NCBI RefSeq assembly: GCF_001194135.2
Contig: NC_068986.1
Location: 90,681,444 to 90,745,443, forward strand
Direction: 5' to 3'
DNA: 64,000 nucleotides
Source: Octopus bimaculoides
Lineage: Eukaryota
Shown here one piece after another: positions 39,425-52,645 of this stretch. The notes under the pieces are model-generated. The model worked only from the letters and a program-made list of their open reading frames with translations. It had not been told where the DNA came from and made no database searches. The position numbers were made by a program, and so were the translations under genes. Numbering within the stretch: position 1 is the stretch's first letter; the number at the start of each line of letters is the position of its first letter.

Positions 39425-39885
39425 TCAAAACTGCTGACAAGTGCTACAATCACCACCCTGAGGTTGTAACTGAGGGAGAAAATTTAACCACTACATACAA
39501 AGTGAACTATCAAAGCTAATAAATCGGATATTGTTGTGAAAGACCAAAACAATAAAGTTTATTTATTGATCGACATGAGTATTCCCTGTGATCATAATAT
39601 CTCAGCAAAAGAATTTGACAAGCTTAGAAAATATAAAGATTTGCTCATTGAAGTGAAAAAATGTGGCATCTCAAGGTTGGTGCAATACCAATGATTGTAG
39701 GGCCACTAGTTATGATGAAAAAAAGGAAATGAAAATTATTGGTGTCAGTTGACTGCATCCAGAGATTATGTTAATGACTTGTAGGTACATGGTATTTCGT
39801 TATGCAGCTATAATATGCTACAAAGTACATTAAACGTTTTCATAACTCTACTATTTTTATAACTTATTATTATCATTATTATTAT
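39425..39885 (+). mobile_element. R4/Dong-like RLE 3' fragment
   Basis: YNHHPEVVTEG...ANKSDIVVKD...LIDMSIPCDHNISAKEFDKLRKYKDL; (ATT)n tail. Confidence 0.8.
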
Positions 39886-40329
39886 TATGATAAAGCTGTA
39901 CCAAACTAATTTAATTGGCAAGGAAATTGACTTGAAGTTTGGTGATAACACGCTTTCCCGAATCTCAATAATATTTCTTAGGATTCTTGCACTTTTCTGA
40001 GGATCGACAATATCTGCCGCAATATCAATATCTTCCAGCCTCTTAGATAGTAGTTTGGGTGCTATGTATGGTGTGTTAAATGTCACTTTTGCATTCCACA
40101 ATCACTTCATCTCTCTGGCTGGCTTCTGATATTTCTCAGTTTTTCTGAATTTCCCTTGTATGCACTGTAGTATCATATGGTGTTGCAAAATCAATGATTT
40201 TATACAACTACCGAGGTAACTTCAATGTTTGCATGCCTTCTTGGTCATCACATTCATCCCAAATTAATGTCATAAATGCAATGTTCTTCAAATCTCTACA
40301 TCACTTAGTTTCATCTCTTATATGTGTCT

Positions 40330-41410
40330 CTGGCCGGAATATAGATACTAAAAACATTCTTAAATTCTTTCTAACCGCCAAACCTATTGTTGACCAAACC
40401 ATCACCGTCAGACGACTGCTTTACCACGATTATTCACCACACAACGACATACAATGCAACGCCAATTCCTCCAAGACCGTAGGACACTTCAAGTCATTTG
40501 AATGACTGAATCTATTCCTAATCCAAGCGAGATAACACGGGCAGCACGTGTTTCCATCTGACCTGTCGGAGACAGCTTAGCACACATTCTTCAAAACCCA
40601 CACCCAACACAATCAATACTCATTGCTCCACCAGAGCTCAGTCAAAGAATACAGCCTGCAACACTTGAAAAAATTCACCTGCTCTTAAAATCTTACGGTT
40701 TACACCTAGCACCAAGGTGGCGAGCTAGCAGAAACGTTAGTACGCCGAGCGAAATGCTTAGCGGTATGTTGTCTTTCTTTATGTTTTGAGTTCAAATTTT
40801 GCCGAGGTCGACTTTGCCTTTCATCCTTTCGGAGTTGATAAATCAAGTACCAGTTGCGTTCTAGGGTCGATCTAATCGACTGGTCCCTTCCTCCAAAATT
40901 TCGGGCCTTGTGCCTAGAGTAGAAAAGGTTTATACTTAGCACCGTAATACCTGCAAAACTATCGTTCAAAACACGAAAGATATCTCCGTACATCACACAA
41001 CTTGCAAACATCGTCCCGTACCAAACTGTAACCGATGCCTGTGATCCATTGCCAAAAGGGTCACAAGCAACATGTACCTACACCCTAGACTACATTAAAG
41101 AAGCTGGCCACTCAACTGCTGAACATGAAATCTCTTGCTAACACGTCCAACCGCCTGTCCACAGACACATATCTCTTCCCTTTGCATTGTTACTATCGCT
41201 ATTACATTGGCTCTTATTCCTCGGAGTCGGAAGGCGCATCATACCACCTTCCTTTAGGCATTACTGATTCACCCGACTATACTTGCCTCGACCCCATATT
41301 TTATCTTCAAAGGCTCTGTATTTTCCTCTATGCATAGTCCTTACTCTCAGAACGCCAACCATTTAGAATTTCCCACTGTGCCATGCTTTTCCTGCAGTGA
41401 TCAACATTTA
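40330..41410 (+). mobile_element. Decayed Penelope-like fragment, interrupted by a SINE
   Basis: YIG motif and downstream His/GIN-like tail at 41125-41400; weak similarity only. Confidence 0.35.
40715..40928 (+). mobile_element. Full-length SINE family S2
   Basis: Nearly identical to 35415-35648. Confidence 0.88.
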
Positions 41411-41889
41411 ACTATAAAATAAAAATATTGATTGTCTCGATCTTACTCATCTCATGAGATCCTCTTCCCGATCAAACCAATGAAACACAAGATCAGAAAA
41501 GAAACGTAATTCGAAGCATTTTGTAATATTTCCCAATAATATGTCATGACACATGATAAATCAAGAACAAATGTTAAAATGCAATTGCGAATTTCAATAA
41601 AAAGCTTAACGGTTCCAGCTGGTGCAGCGATCTTCACCATAACAGTAGTATCCGAAAATTACTTACATCATTTTCGAGATCTGAACTTAGAAGTCATCTT
41701 CAAGATCGTAAGGTAAGACTGTAGTATGCTATATCACATTATTTAAATTCACATTACTATATAGTAATTTAAGATAATTATAGACCTAAAAAGACTCGTT
41801 TTGACATTATTTCTTGTAATTATGTTTCGATTTTTTTCTTTTCTTCTTGCTAGAATTTCAAATAGAGGATAATCTTTGGATGTCATAAG

Positions 41890-42095
41890 CACTAGGTATG
41901 ATAGCACGCAGGGCAAATGCTTAGTGACATTTCGTCCGTCTTTAAGTTCTGAGTTCAAATTCCGCCTGGGACGACTTTACCTTTCATCCTTTCGAGGTCG
42001 ATAAAATAAGTATCGGTTGAGCACTGGGGTCGATGTAATCGACTTACTTCCTCCCCTCCTCCGAACTTGCTGGCCTTGTGCCAAAATTTGAGATC
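41890..42095 (+). mobile_element. SINE family S2
   Basis: Conserved core and tail. Confidence 0.8.
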
Positions 42096-42096
42096 A

Positions 42097-42137
<41 letters not shown>

Positions 42138-42449
42138 NNNNNNNNNNNNNNNNNNNNNNNNNNNNNNNNNNNNNNNNNNNNNNNNNNNNNNNNNNNNNNN
42201 NNNNNNNNNNNNNNNNNNNNNNNNNNNNNNNNNNNNNNNNNNNNNNNNNNNNNNNNNNNNNNNNNNNNNNNNNNNNNNNNNNNNNNNNNNNNNNNNNNNN
42301 NNNNNNNNNNNNNNNNNNNNNNNNNNNNNNNNNNNNNNNNNNNNNNNNNNNNNNNNNNNNNNNNNNNNNNNNNNNNNNNNNNNNNNNNNNNNNNNNNNNN
42401 NNNNNNNNNNNNATATATATATATGTATGTATGTATGTGTGTGTGTGTG

Positions 42450-42670
42450 TATATATGTTTGTGTGTCTGTTTGTTCCCCCAACATCGCTTGACAACCGAT
42501 GCTAGTGTGTTTACGTCCCCGTAACTTAGCGGTTCGGCAAGAGAGACCGATAGAATAAGTACTAGGCTTCCAGAGAATAAGTCCTGGGGTCAATTTGCTC
42601 GACTAAAGGCGGTGCTCCAGCATGGCCACACTCAAATGACTGAAACAAGTAAAAGAGTAAAAGAGAGTAT
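42450..42670 (+). mobile_element. SINE family S3, 3' half
   Basis: aacatcgcttgacaaccgatgc...ggcggtgctccagcatggccac...gaaacaagtaaaagagtaaaagag. Confidence 0.88.
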
Positions 42671-42721
42671 AGAGTATATATACATATACATTTAAATGAA
42701 GAAGAAAATGGAGATTGGGAA

Positions 42722-42825
42722 GTTAATAATTGTTTATTATTAATGCCAAATTAGTCATCTTCACTTACAGAAACGGTTGTAAGTGAAGATGACCAATTTG
42801 CTGTTGATAATAAACAATTATTAAC
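42722..42825. repeat. 104-bp hairpin
   Basis: gttaataattgtttattat...gtcatcttcacttaca-gaaacggt-tgtaagtgaagatgac...ataataaacaattattaac. Confidence 0.8.
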
Positions 42826-43154
42826 GGGCATTCTTCGTGACAAGACGTACTTTTCTTAGCTCTGGCCAGTCAGTAGCCAAAGAAACAGATTTCAACTCAA
42901 ACCAGCAGTAACTTTCTTTGTTTTTAGTCCCAGAACTCTTGAATTTTACTATTCTACTATCATCGGACGATAAATTTACACAAATTTATATACAACCTGG
43001 AGAAACAAATATAAACCAAAACTAAACCCAAGATTAGTTCTAAAACTAGTCCTGTGAGTACAATTCCTTTCTCTTGATTTGTATTAAACACACTGCTCAT
43101 TTTGATTTGTACTAAATAGACTGAACTCTCTCACACACACCCAGATATAGCCAC

Positions 43155-43345
43155 GCAGGATCTTTCTGAATTGACGGGCACCACTTGTTTTCTTAACGAA
43201 ACACTTTCAAACTTGGGATACTGGTAGAATGTGTCATATACAACATCTTTTTCTCTTAGCCTTCTTAACAAACATTTCTACATTGCAAGCTATTTCATGT
43301 TGAAGTTGTCGTATTTGGATCTTTCTGAATTGACGGGCACGCATT
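43155..43345 (+). mobile_element. Truncated relative of the 62104-62796 element (left arm only)
   Basis: Shares ttcttaacgaaacacttt.aaacttggga.actggtagaatgtgtcatata; the terminal motif ggatctttctgaattgacgggcac occurs twice. Confidence 0.7.
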
Positions 43346-43419
43346 TCTGAATATATCGACACAAACTTTACAACGGTGCATTCACTATTATACATCAAGT
43401 CACCAATAACTAACGTATA

Positions 43420-46400
43420 GTGCATAATACTGTGCCATTGAATATGGCCAATAATATTCTAAAACGCCACTGGGTAGAAAACGAAATCAGTGCACTGATA
43501 AACGCTTGGTACACTCACCATAACGATAGTGTAAAAGCTAATGTCTACGGCAAAATCGCCGAAAAAGTAGCGTCACAGTCCTTTTACAGATCTGTAAAAC
43601 AGATCGAAAACAAAATAAAAGAAATCACACGATCGTTTCATGCTTTACACACGCACATGGTAACACTAGAAGCCATACTTGTCAATGGATGTAGTGCACC
43701 CACTGACCCAACTCCAACAGGTCAGGGGTCACTTCAGCGACTCGCTAGCCAGTAACAAACAACATCCTCATTGATATCGCTTTCTGACCTAATTCCACTC
43801 AACACTACCGTGGAAAACCAGGACTCACTACCACAGCAACAACAGCTTGCTACTGCTACTACATTGGAAGTACCTTGTTTGGCACCACTGTCTGACCTGA
43901 TTCCACACAGCCCTACTGTTGCAAATCAAATTTCACTGCCGCTACAACAACAACAGTCTGCTACTGGTACTACAGTAGGACCACTGACCAACGAGCCTGC
44001 CAGTACAGAAAAACCTCTACTATGTCCACGTCAAAAACCCTGTCGTTACCATTCTCAAGGTAACTGTAGATTTGGCCCCAGCGGCACCAACAACAAGGGG
44101 CACTGTGCATTTTTCCATCCTACCTTATGCCGTAGATTTGTTAAGGGCACCTGTCCATAAGGCATAACGGGAAAAAACTGCCCTCACCTCCACCCCAAAT
44201 ACTGTCCTAAATACAGAGTCCATGGCACTGATCCTAAATATGGATGCACAAAAGGCAATGGATGCACCTTCTTCTATCCTAAACTGTGCCAAACTTCTGT
44301 GTCACTAAGGATGTACTTGAACCCAGAATGTAACCACCACCATCTGAAGGGCACAAAACGGTCGAAAAATAACTATAAACAGCAACAGAGGAGACCTACG
44401 ACAACAACAAAAACAAAACACAACCACATTTCACCTCCTACAACCAAACAACAAAGACAGAACTATGGGAAAACCATAACATGAACTATGTATCCTCTGA
44501 CCAAGTGGCAAAGCAAAGAGGCAACTCTTTTTTACTAACTTATCTAGAAAATATGAAAACCGACCTAAGCCAGGAGATACAACGGGCTATCAGCAACCAT
44601 TTATGCAAAACGCAAGGAACACACACCCACCACCAACTAGAAAATCATACACACACAGCTCCATACGAAAACTACCTTCATTGCTACCTCTGAACAACAT
44701 AAAACATAACTTGGAACAATGCAAACATCAAACTACCCTTACCTCGACATTCCTGTTAAATGTACGTGGCATCAACCCATCAATCAATGCCCAAAAATGG
44801 AAGGTCCCATATATAGAGAGTTGGCTTGCCGAAACGGCACATTGCTTCCCTTTCTTTATCCTCACTGAAACTCACCTAAACAGCACACATATGGATGCCG
44901 AAAAAAAAATATAAAAGATTTCACCATCGTCCGCGCAGATCGTACAGACCGAAATANNNNNNNNNNACAGCCATCTTTCTCCATGACTCCTTTTCAGTAG
45001 ATGCCAAGGACGTATTTTCCAGTGGCTATTATGAATCCATATCACTATTCAACAAGGCCAAAGACATAATCATTGTTGGTCTTTACAGGCCTGCCCAAGC
45101 ACCTCTAAAGTGCTTTGAAGAGTGCCTCAACAAAATCAAGTCCTTCCTTCAAAAATACAACTCCGGAAACATACTAGTGATGGGTGATTTTAACCTTCCT
45201 CATATAAACTGGTACACAAATACTCTAAGTTAGGCAGATGCTCTACATTAGATAAAGCAGCAGCAGAATTACTCTTTAATCTAATAGATAAATTCTTCCT
45301 GACTCAACTAGTGCTCGAACCAACAAGACAATAAAACGATCTTGGATCTAATATTAACCAACCACTCTAGCTCCGTTCACAGTATTTCAGTTGAAAAAAC
45401 TCTCCTCTCAGACTACGACATGATACTCTGCAATTTTAATTCCCGGCATATCAAAACCAAACCAGCCAATCCCGCTCCACCGCACTCATTTGACAACATA
45501 AACATCCACAAAGCGAAATGGGGAGCAATCATTGAGGATCTGTCCTTCATCGACTGGTCTTTCACTCTCAGTTCCACTCACATTGAGACCGCATGGCAAC
45601 ACTTTGAGAATATCGTCACCTATACATGCTCAAAACACGCTTCTGCGAAATCCACTAACACAAACAGAAACCGGCTCCCTAAAAGGAAAAAAACACTCAT
45701 CAGGCGCATCAAAAGACTCAATTAAAAAAAATCAACCAATTAAAATACTCCCACATACAACATCCACATTCAACAACAATGAAAATGTTGGAGTTGGAAA
45801 AACTTCATTTGCAGACCGACATGAAAACCTCCATTCAAAATCAAAGAGCTGCGGAGGAATAGTGGGTAATCAAAAACATCAAACAGAACCCAAAAGTGTT
45901 TTATTCTTATGGGAATAAGAATAGAACCACTGTCTCACCCATTGCGCCATTGATCGATGATAACGACATTCCCTGACACGATGCTAAAGAAATGGCAGAA
46001 ATATTGTAAAAACAATACTGCTCTGTCTTTAGTGATCCCACTGATATTGACGTAAGAAAAGCGAATGAAATTGATTCCCAACATAAAATCTCGGACATAA
46101 CCTTCACTGCTTCAGACATCATAGCAGCAATAAATGAGGTCAAATACTATCCTGCTGTAGGCCCTGATAGATTCCCCGCAAGTTTCCTGAAGGAATGTAG
46201 ACACCAACTTGCAGTCCCTCTGAGCAACCTCTGCAGAAATTCTTTAGACTCAGGTTATATACCGAAACAGCTTCTATCCCAGTCTGTCATCCCGGTTTTC
46301 AAACAGGGAAACAGATCCCTCGCAATCAACTATTACCCAATCTCACCTCGCACATCATTAAAGTGTTTGAAAGGGTGGTAAGATCAAGGATAGCTGACTT

Positions 46401-47780
46401 CCTGGAGACCCACAAACTCCTAAATGCAAACCAGCATGGCTTTCGCTGTGACAGGGACTGTCTAACACAGCTTCTACACCACATTGAAGATATTCTTAAA
46501 GCCTTGGGAACAGGTTCGAACGCTGATGTCATATATCTTGACTTCAGTAAAGCGTTCGACAGGGTTGACCATAATATCTTACTCACAAAATTGGCAAATA
46601 TTGGAATCCGTAGAAAACTTCTACACTGGATTAAGTATTTCCTGGAGAATAGAACACAAGAAGTTGTGGTCGATGGAGTCCACTCAAGTCCAGCAAAACT
46701 CACCAGTGGTGTCCAGGGGACTGTCTTGAGCCCGCTCCTCTTTATAATTTACATAAATGGCCTTTCCAGCGTCGTAAATCACTGCAAAGTGAAAATATTT
46801 GCTGATGACACTAAGCTCCAGCACATCATCAATGAAGAAGAAGACCGAACCCAATTCCAGTCTTATCTATATGNNNNNNNNNNAGTGAAAATATTTGCTG
46901 ATGACACTAAGCTCCAGCACATCATCAATGAAGAAGAAGACCGAAACCAATTCCAGTCTTATCTATATGCTGTGAGTCAATGGGCAGACAAAAAACAAAA
47001 TGAAACTGAACGAAGGAAAATTTGAGCTGATTCATTTTGGAAGAAAGTCTATACTAAAACAGCCATACACTTTTCCTTCAGGGGAACCGCTCATGGCATC
47101 CAATAATATCAGAGATCTAAGTGTAATTGTTGACAGCAATCTCAACTGGAGTGCCCACATCAACAATAAGGTCAATATAGCTCGTAGGATGAGCTCCTGG
47201 ATCTTAAGAACTTTCCAGTTTAGAGAACAAGGTGTCATCATTCCACTTTTCTCCTCCTTTGTACGGCCACACCTCGAATACTGCTGCTCTTTGTGGTCTC
47301 CCTATACAAAACAAAACGTCTTGAGGATTGAATCATCCCAAAGGGCACTCACTAAATGAATTGAAGGCATGACTGATCTTGATTACTGGGACCGCCTTAA
47401 AACTTTGAAGCTCTACTCTCTCCAGTACCGCCGCGAGCGGTACATCATCTGTACGATGTGGAGAATATACGCCAGCATTGCTCAAACGACCTGAACATTA
47501 GTTTCAAGGTTCATCCAAGGCTGGGACCACGGGCCATACGTCCCCTGCCCAATTCAGGATCTCAACATATAGGTACACTGTGGTATAATTTCTTTTCCTC
47601 AACAGGCCCTGCCCTGTTTAACATTGTCCCGAAACAGATAAAAGGAAAAGGATCCTATCAGCTTTAAACGGAGTCAAGACAGATTTCTTCAAGGAACACC
47701 AGACAAGCCACCCATATCTGGATACAACTCACTCAATAAGAACTCACTACTTGAATGGACCATAGACCAAACTTGACTGT
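43420..47780 (+). mobile_element. Near-full-length CR1/L2-group LINE (ORF1 plus APE-RT ORF2), mutated
   Basis: APE motifs LNVRG, LTETHL, VGLYRP, MGDFNLPHINW, DLILTN; RT motifs QHGFR, YLDFSKAFDRVDH, SGVQGTVLSPLLF, FADDTK; C-terminal RPHLEYC..WSP. Confidence 0.93.
43444..44693 (+). pseudogene. LINE ORF1: N-terminal Myb/SANT-like trihelix domain, internal repeat and tandem CCCH zinc fingers; two in-frame stops and one frameshift
   Basis: WVENEISALINAW...VYGKIAEKV...RSVKQIENKIKEI; CRYHSQGNCRFG..CAFFHP; C..G.C...NCPHLHP; C.KG.GC.FF.PKLC. ORFs 43420, 43771 and 44299 share one frame. Confidence 0.75.
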
Positions 47781-48274
47781 AAAANNNNNNNNNNNNNNNN
47801 NNNNNNNNNNNNNNNNNNNNNNNNNNNNNNNNNNNNNNNNNNNNNNNNNNNNNNNNNNNNNNNNNNNNNNNNNNNNNNNNNNNNNNNNNNNNNNNNNNNN
47901 NNNNNNNNNNNNNNNNNNNNNNNNNNNNNNNNNNNNNNNNNNNNNNNNNNNNNNNNNNNNNNNNNNNNNNNNNNNNNNNNNNNNNNNNNNNNNNNNNNNN
48001 NNNNNNNNNNNNNNNNNNNNNNNNNNNNNNNNNNNNNNNNNNNNNNNNNNNNNNNNNNNNNNNNNNNNNNNNNNNNNNNNNNNNNNNNNNNNNNNNNNNN
48101 NNNNNNNNNNNNNNNNNNNNNNNNNNNNNNNNNNNNNNNNNNNNNNNNNNNNNNNNNNNNNNNNNNNNNNNNNNNNNNNNNNNNNNNNNNNNNNNNNNNN
48201 NNNNNNNNNNNNTAGACTCCTACTTTAAATATATAGGTCGTCAACAGAAGCTCAATCACAATTTTCAGCAGATT

Positions 48275-48319
<45 letters not shown>

Positions 48320-48699
48320 CCAGATGAAAGAGAAATCTAATACAATCATCATCTAACAGTTAAATGTTGTAACAACAAACTCTATCAAGGAAAAGAAGCA
48401 TGCTGATCAATCAGGTTAATATATATAAAAATAGATATATCTGAGAAAACGTAACTGGATTTCTCAGCAGGACAAATAAACTTAAGCTGTGGCATGTAGC
48501 TATATATCATCGAGATCCTGTTGTAAGACGGCTTTTCTTGGTGAGTGAAATTATATTTCTGTTCTGAAAACACAAAGAAGATGAGTAATGGGAATTTTAA
48601 TGTTTTCATTAAACTACGTTAGCTAAATAGTCTCCAACATACTAGGGTGTGTTTATTGCTTTACATTACTAATTCGGAACTTCATCGTGGCCGCATGCG

Positions 48700-49135
48700 C
48701 GAAAGGGGAGACTTGTGTCCAAACCAAGCTTTTAAAATCTTTGCTCGGATGGCATCTTTAACTTCCTGGTTAAACCAGGGTCATCCAGCGTCACACAGAG
48801 CCGCCTTCGTCCACAACATGTAATTAGAAAAGAATCGTATGTCGGATTCTTTAAGCCGTGCCAACTGGCAGAAGACCTAGGGGTAGGCCAAGAACGAAAC
48901 GGTTGGATTATATCCATAGTCTCAGTTGGTCACGCATGTGAATTCAACCGGAAAATGTAATGACAGCCATTTCTGACAAGACTCTGTGGAAGAGGTGCTT
49001 GGAGACTCTATCCTCACGAACCTCCTAGAAATAGTGGGCGGAGAAATGTATGAATGGATGGAACTTGAGCGTTCTGCAGCTTTTCTGAAAGTCTTGGGCC
49101 ACGTTGTAATGGTAACCATGACTTGATATCTTTTA
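48700..49135 (-). mobile_element. Decayed LINE fragment (endonuclease-RT linker)
   Basis: PWFNQEVKDAIRAK-like motif. Confidence 0.35.
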
Positions 49136-49254
49136 TTAGTAGCAGTTACTATAAATTTGTATCTCAATTAATTTATCTCTGATGGTAGCCTTCGAGATGT
49201 CGTCTAACTAGTTCTGTTCACACAATCCCTTTAACGGCTAGTGATCATTCTAAA

Positions 49255-49990
49255 ATTATGGCTGGTCCTCTCGTGGCTATTTTGACAGCAAAACCTCATA
49301 TTTTTTTACCAACCGACTGTGTCTTTTGGTTTGCGAAAGTGAAGGAACAATTTGCAATCTGGTATATTACTAGGGAAGAGGAAATTTGACTATTTTATTG
49401 CAAACCAATTTGAATACTAGTGGAGTTGGCTAGTAAGTTCTCGAAAGGATTACAACAAGCGTCGATGTAGCCAAGTTAACTTCAATGTTTCCTTGACTTG
49501 TTTTACAAAATAGCTGACTTAACAACTAGTATTCAAAATCTGTAACAACTTTGAACACATAACGCCACCTAACATTTATCAAATTTTTCCCCCTTCTTCC
49601 GACCTTCGTTGGTACCATCAGAAATTTAGTAATCAAGCTAAAGAGTGCAATCATACATGTGCATCACTAATGGTGATACATGACAGGAACAAGGAACAAA
49701 TTGCCAATTTTATTTCACAGAAATCTGTTCAGAGATAAGCTTCATTCTGTTAACCAAAGAAACTAGACTCCTACTTTAAATATATAGGTCGTCAAAAGAA
49801 GCTCAATCACAATTTTCAGCAAATTTCTTATAACTCTAGATTTACAACTCCGCCAATTTTTCCACTGGGTTTTCATTGTTGTCGATGTTTTCCGCCCTAT
49901 AATCGACACAAATTTCTTAGACCACTCAGTCATTCACTGTTGCTGCTTCTTGGATAAGTGCACGAAAGTGAGTATCAACGCCAAGAATAG
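49255..49990 (+). mobile_element. Decayed Gypsy gag N-terminus and protease
   Basis: AKPHIFLPTDCVFWFAKVKEQFA...KFDY and ITLDLQLRQFFHWVFIVVDVFRPIIDTNFL. Confidence 0.75.
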
Positions 49991-50654
49991 AGAGATCTCC
50001 TTACAGCATTCCTCTATATATATTCCACAATTATAGACTGTGTTTAAAAAGATTCTCACAGTTTTGCATGACACTAGTAAAGTGGATTGTAGAACACTTG
50101 ATTTAGGAAGCATAAGAAAATTATTGTTTAGGTCTACACCTTTAGTGGTGAGAACAATCACTATTTAAATGTCTAATTTTGGTTTTAACAAACAATTAGG
50201 AAGACAACCTAAAATTATATTTAAGCAAAATCAATTAAATATTGAATACAATAAAGTGAACTCGATTTTTAACAATATTGTGGTAACTCCAAATATGCCT
50301 TGGTTTTAATTAGACCTCATCAGTGGTTATCTGATAACTAGAGAAATGATTTTTATAAATGAACAGTGAGTACTATAATAACTTAAAAGATGGTATGGAG
50401 AAAGCTTAATGCCGGCTAACATAACTATTAGCACGTATAACAAATGTCTTGGGTGCCAACGTGCTATGTTCTACTGCCGTACAAACACTATGCTACATTT
50501 TCTTCCACCAACAGCTAATTTTCAACACCTTGACTCAGATTCACCTTTTTCTTTGAAAGAATATCCCTATTTTTTCAAAGTTAGCCAATTGCCTTACACG
50601 TTGGTCTAAAATTATTCTGATGCCTGAGACTACTGAGAAATAGTTTCATCGTTA

Positions 50655-50850
50655 CCGTATTTCATGGCATAAAGACGCACGGGTATATAAGACGCACCTC
50701 AATTTTAGTAGTGCATATTAAGGAAAAAAATTCTTACTGCATTAGAGCATATAATATAGACCCAACTTTGCATATAGGACCCGGTGTGATTTTTGAGACA
50801 TTTTTTGGGGGGGGGGGGGAAACGTGCATCTAATATGCCATAATATACGG
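50655..50850. mobile_element. Tc1/pogo-type MITE
   Basis: TIRs CCGTATTTCATGGCATAAAGACGCAC / GTGCATCTAATATGCCATAATATACGG, with TA on the left. Confidence 0.7.
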
Positions 50851-52604
50851 TGATTGCTACATGTTGGATTTCTCGTTTCAATGTGCTATCAACTACAACT
50901 ACAGAATGTGGTACCTAATATAGATCTACACCTTGCAGCATTCTTAGGTTGTAAATGCACGCTAACAACCTATCATAATACCACCAATGATTTTATGAAA
51001 TACTTTAATCACCAACTCAGAGCTCTTCTCAAATCCTCCAAAACCCAGCGAAATGGATTATATCACTGCTATTAATTTTGCTTGTTATTCGCACTACCAT
51101 TTTAGCTTTTACATCAAAACTGGTTTGCGACACCAACCTCTCCTCCAGGTAAAGGTGTTATATCTGACACCAAAATTAATTAAACTGACCAGACCAGCTA
51201 CGTATTCTGGCAAGAGGAATATACGTCAAATGCGACAGGCTGAACCACAAAAGACGTCACAGAAGCTCTGCACCAACAGGACCTTGCTAAATGTTCATGA
51301 GTTTTTACCTTAAAACAACTACCATAACAGTATCCGTACGCCAGACCAATCAAAGTACTCAAGCATACAAATTAAAAACTGTGGACTTATTCATCTGCTA
51401 TGATGCCGTTTCTCTGGTCCCTGGCAAAACACTTCGTTTCGGCAGACTTTCATGCGTAGCTAGGTTGCAATATTGTACTCAACTGCGATGCGATCACTTT
51501 CCAGATCACTCTTCTTGATAGGCAGAATTATATTTTTCTTATTAAAGTTCAAGAAAAAAGCAATTATGTTTTGCTTGTTATTCATTTCACTGCCTTTAAT
51601 TTAATTGTTATAAAACAATTTAGTGACTAGTAGACTGAATATTGTTTAACATTTCTAACTAACCTCTAATTACTTCTACTTATCTTTTAGCACTTCTAGC
51701 GACACGCTGTATATAACACACATCTTGATTCATTTCTCATAAGCTGAAATTGGCCATGCCCATGCAAAGTAGTCACGTAATACATCTTTTTTGTAAATAT
51801 TAGGAGCAAATATGAGGTATGGTCCCACAATCGTTGCGATATTTTAAATGATATATTGAATTTAATCGACTACACACGTGTCTCCTTAAAGCATGTTCTG
51901 AGTTCAAATTCCGTCAAGTCGAATTTTACTTTTCATCCTTCTGGGCTTGATAAAATAATGTACCAGTCAGAAATAAATGTCGATATAATCAGCTATATCC
52001 CGCTCCTGAAATGTGTAACTTTGTTCTTCCTGTAGTAATATCGATAGCTTTTCTTCCTGTTTAAAGAGAGATGCAGCGTTTGATTCTTATAGGAATTCGT
52101 TGAAACAAATATTATGATGATTCTGAGTTCAAATTCTACCAACTTTTGTGAAGATCATCTGAATTGTAGATAACTCTACCATAAGAAAATATACAACTAT
52201 ATTCAAAAACGATTCCTTTATTTTCACAGCAAACAAGTATACTAAACATGTCTTTCCTAGTGCAAAAAGTAAACCACATTTCATAACACCAGTAAAATTT
52301 AAACTAGTTGACAGCTGTGTAAGTTACGTAGGTGAAACAATAATAGATGTGCGGATTGTAAAATGTAACACACGTCTTCTAAGAAACGAAGCTAATCGTC
52401 AACACACTAACTCGGTTGGAATTGTTATAATTACAACGAAGTCAACGGAGCTAAGTAATAAATGGAAAATAATGAAGCATAAATTTATATTCTTACCATA
52501 ATTTGTCAGATTCGTTCAATATATTTTCATTTACTCATTTTTAAAGCTTTATGGGTACATAAGTAAAGAAATACGTGCGCAAAGACGCGCGCACGCACGC
52601 ACAC

Positions 52605-52645
<41 letters not shown>

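Noticed and set aside
42850-42990. Minus-strand acceptor followed by GCI* and an exon-like stretch
   Set aside because: There is an immediate stop in the Cys frame and no upstream partner exons were found on that strand.
46790-46970. Tandem duplication of the FADD region of the LINE RT
   Set aside because: The two near-identical copies flank a 10-N gap, typical of an unmerged contig overlap.
48470-48546. Possible plus-strand exon (TNKLKLWHVAIYHRDPVVRRLFL, GTGAGT donor)
   Set aside because: Isolated, with no homology or partner exons; compatible with chance.
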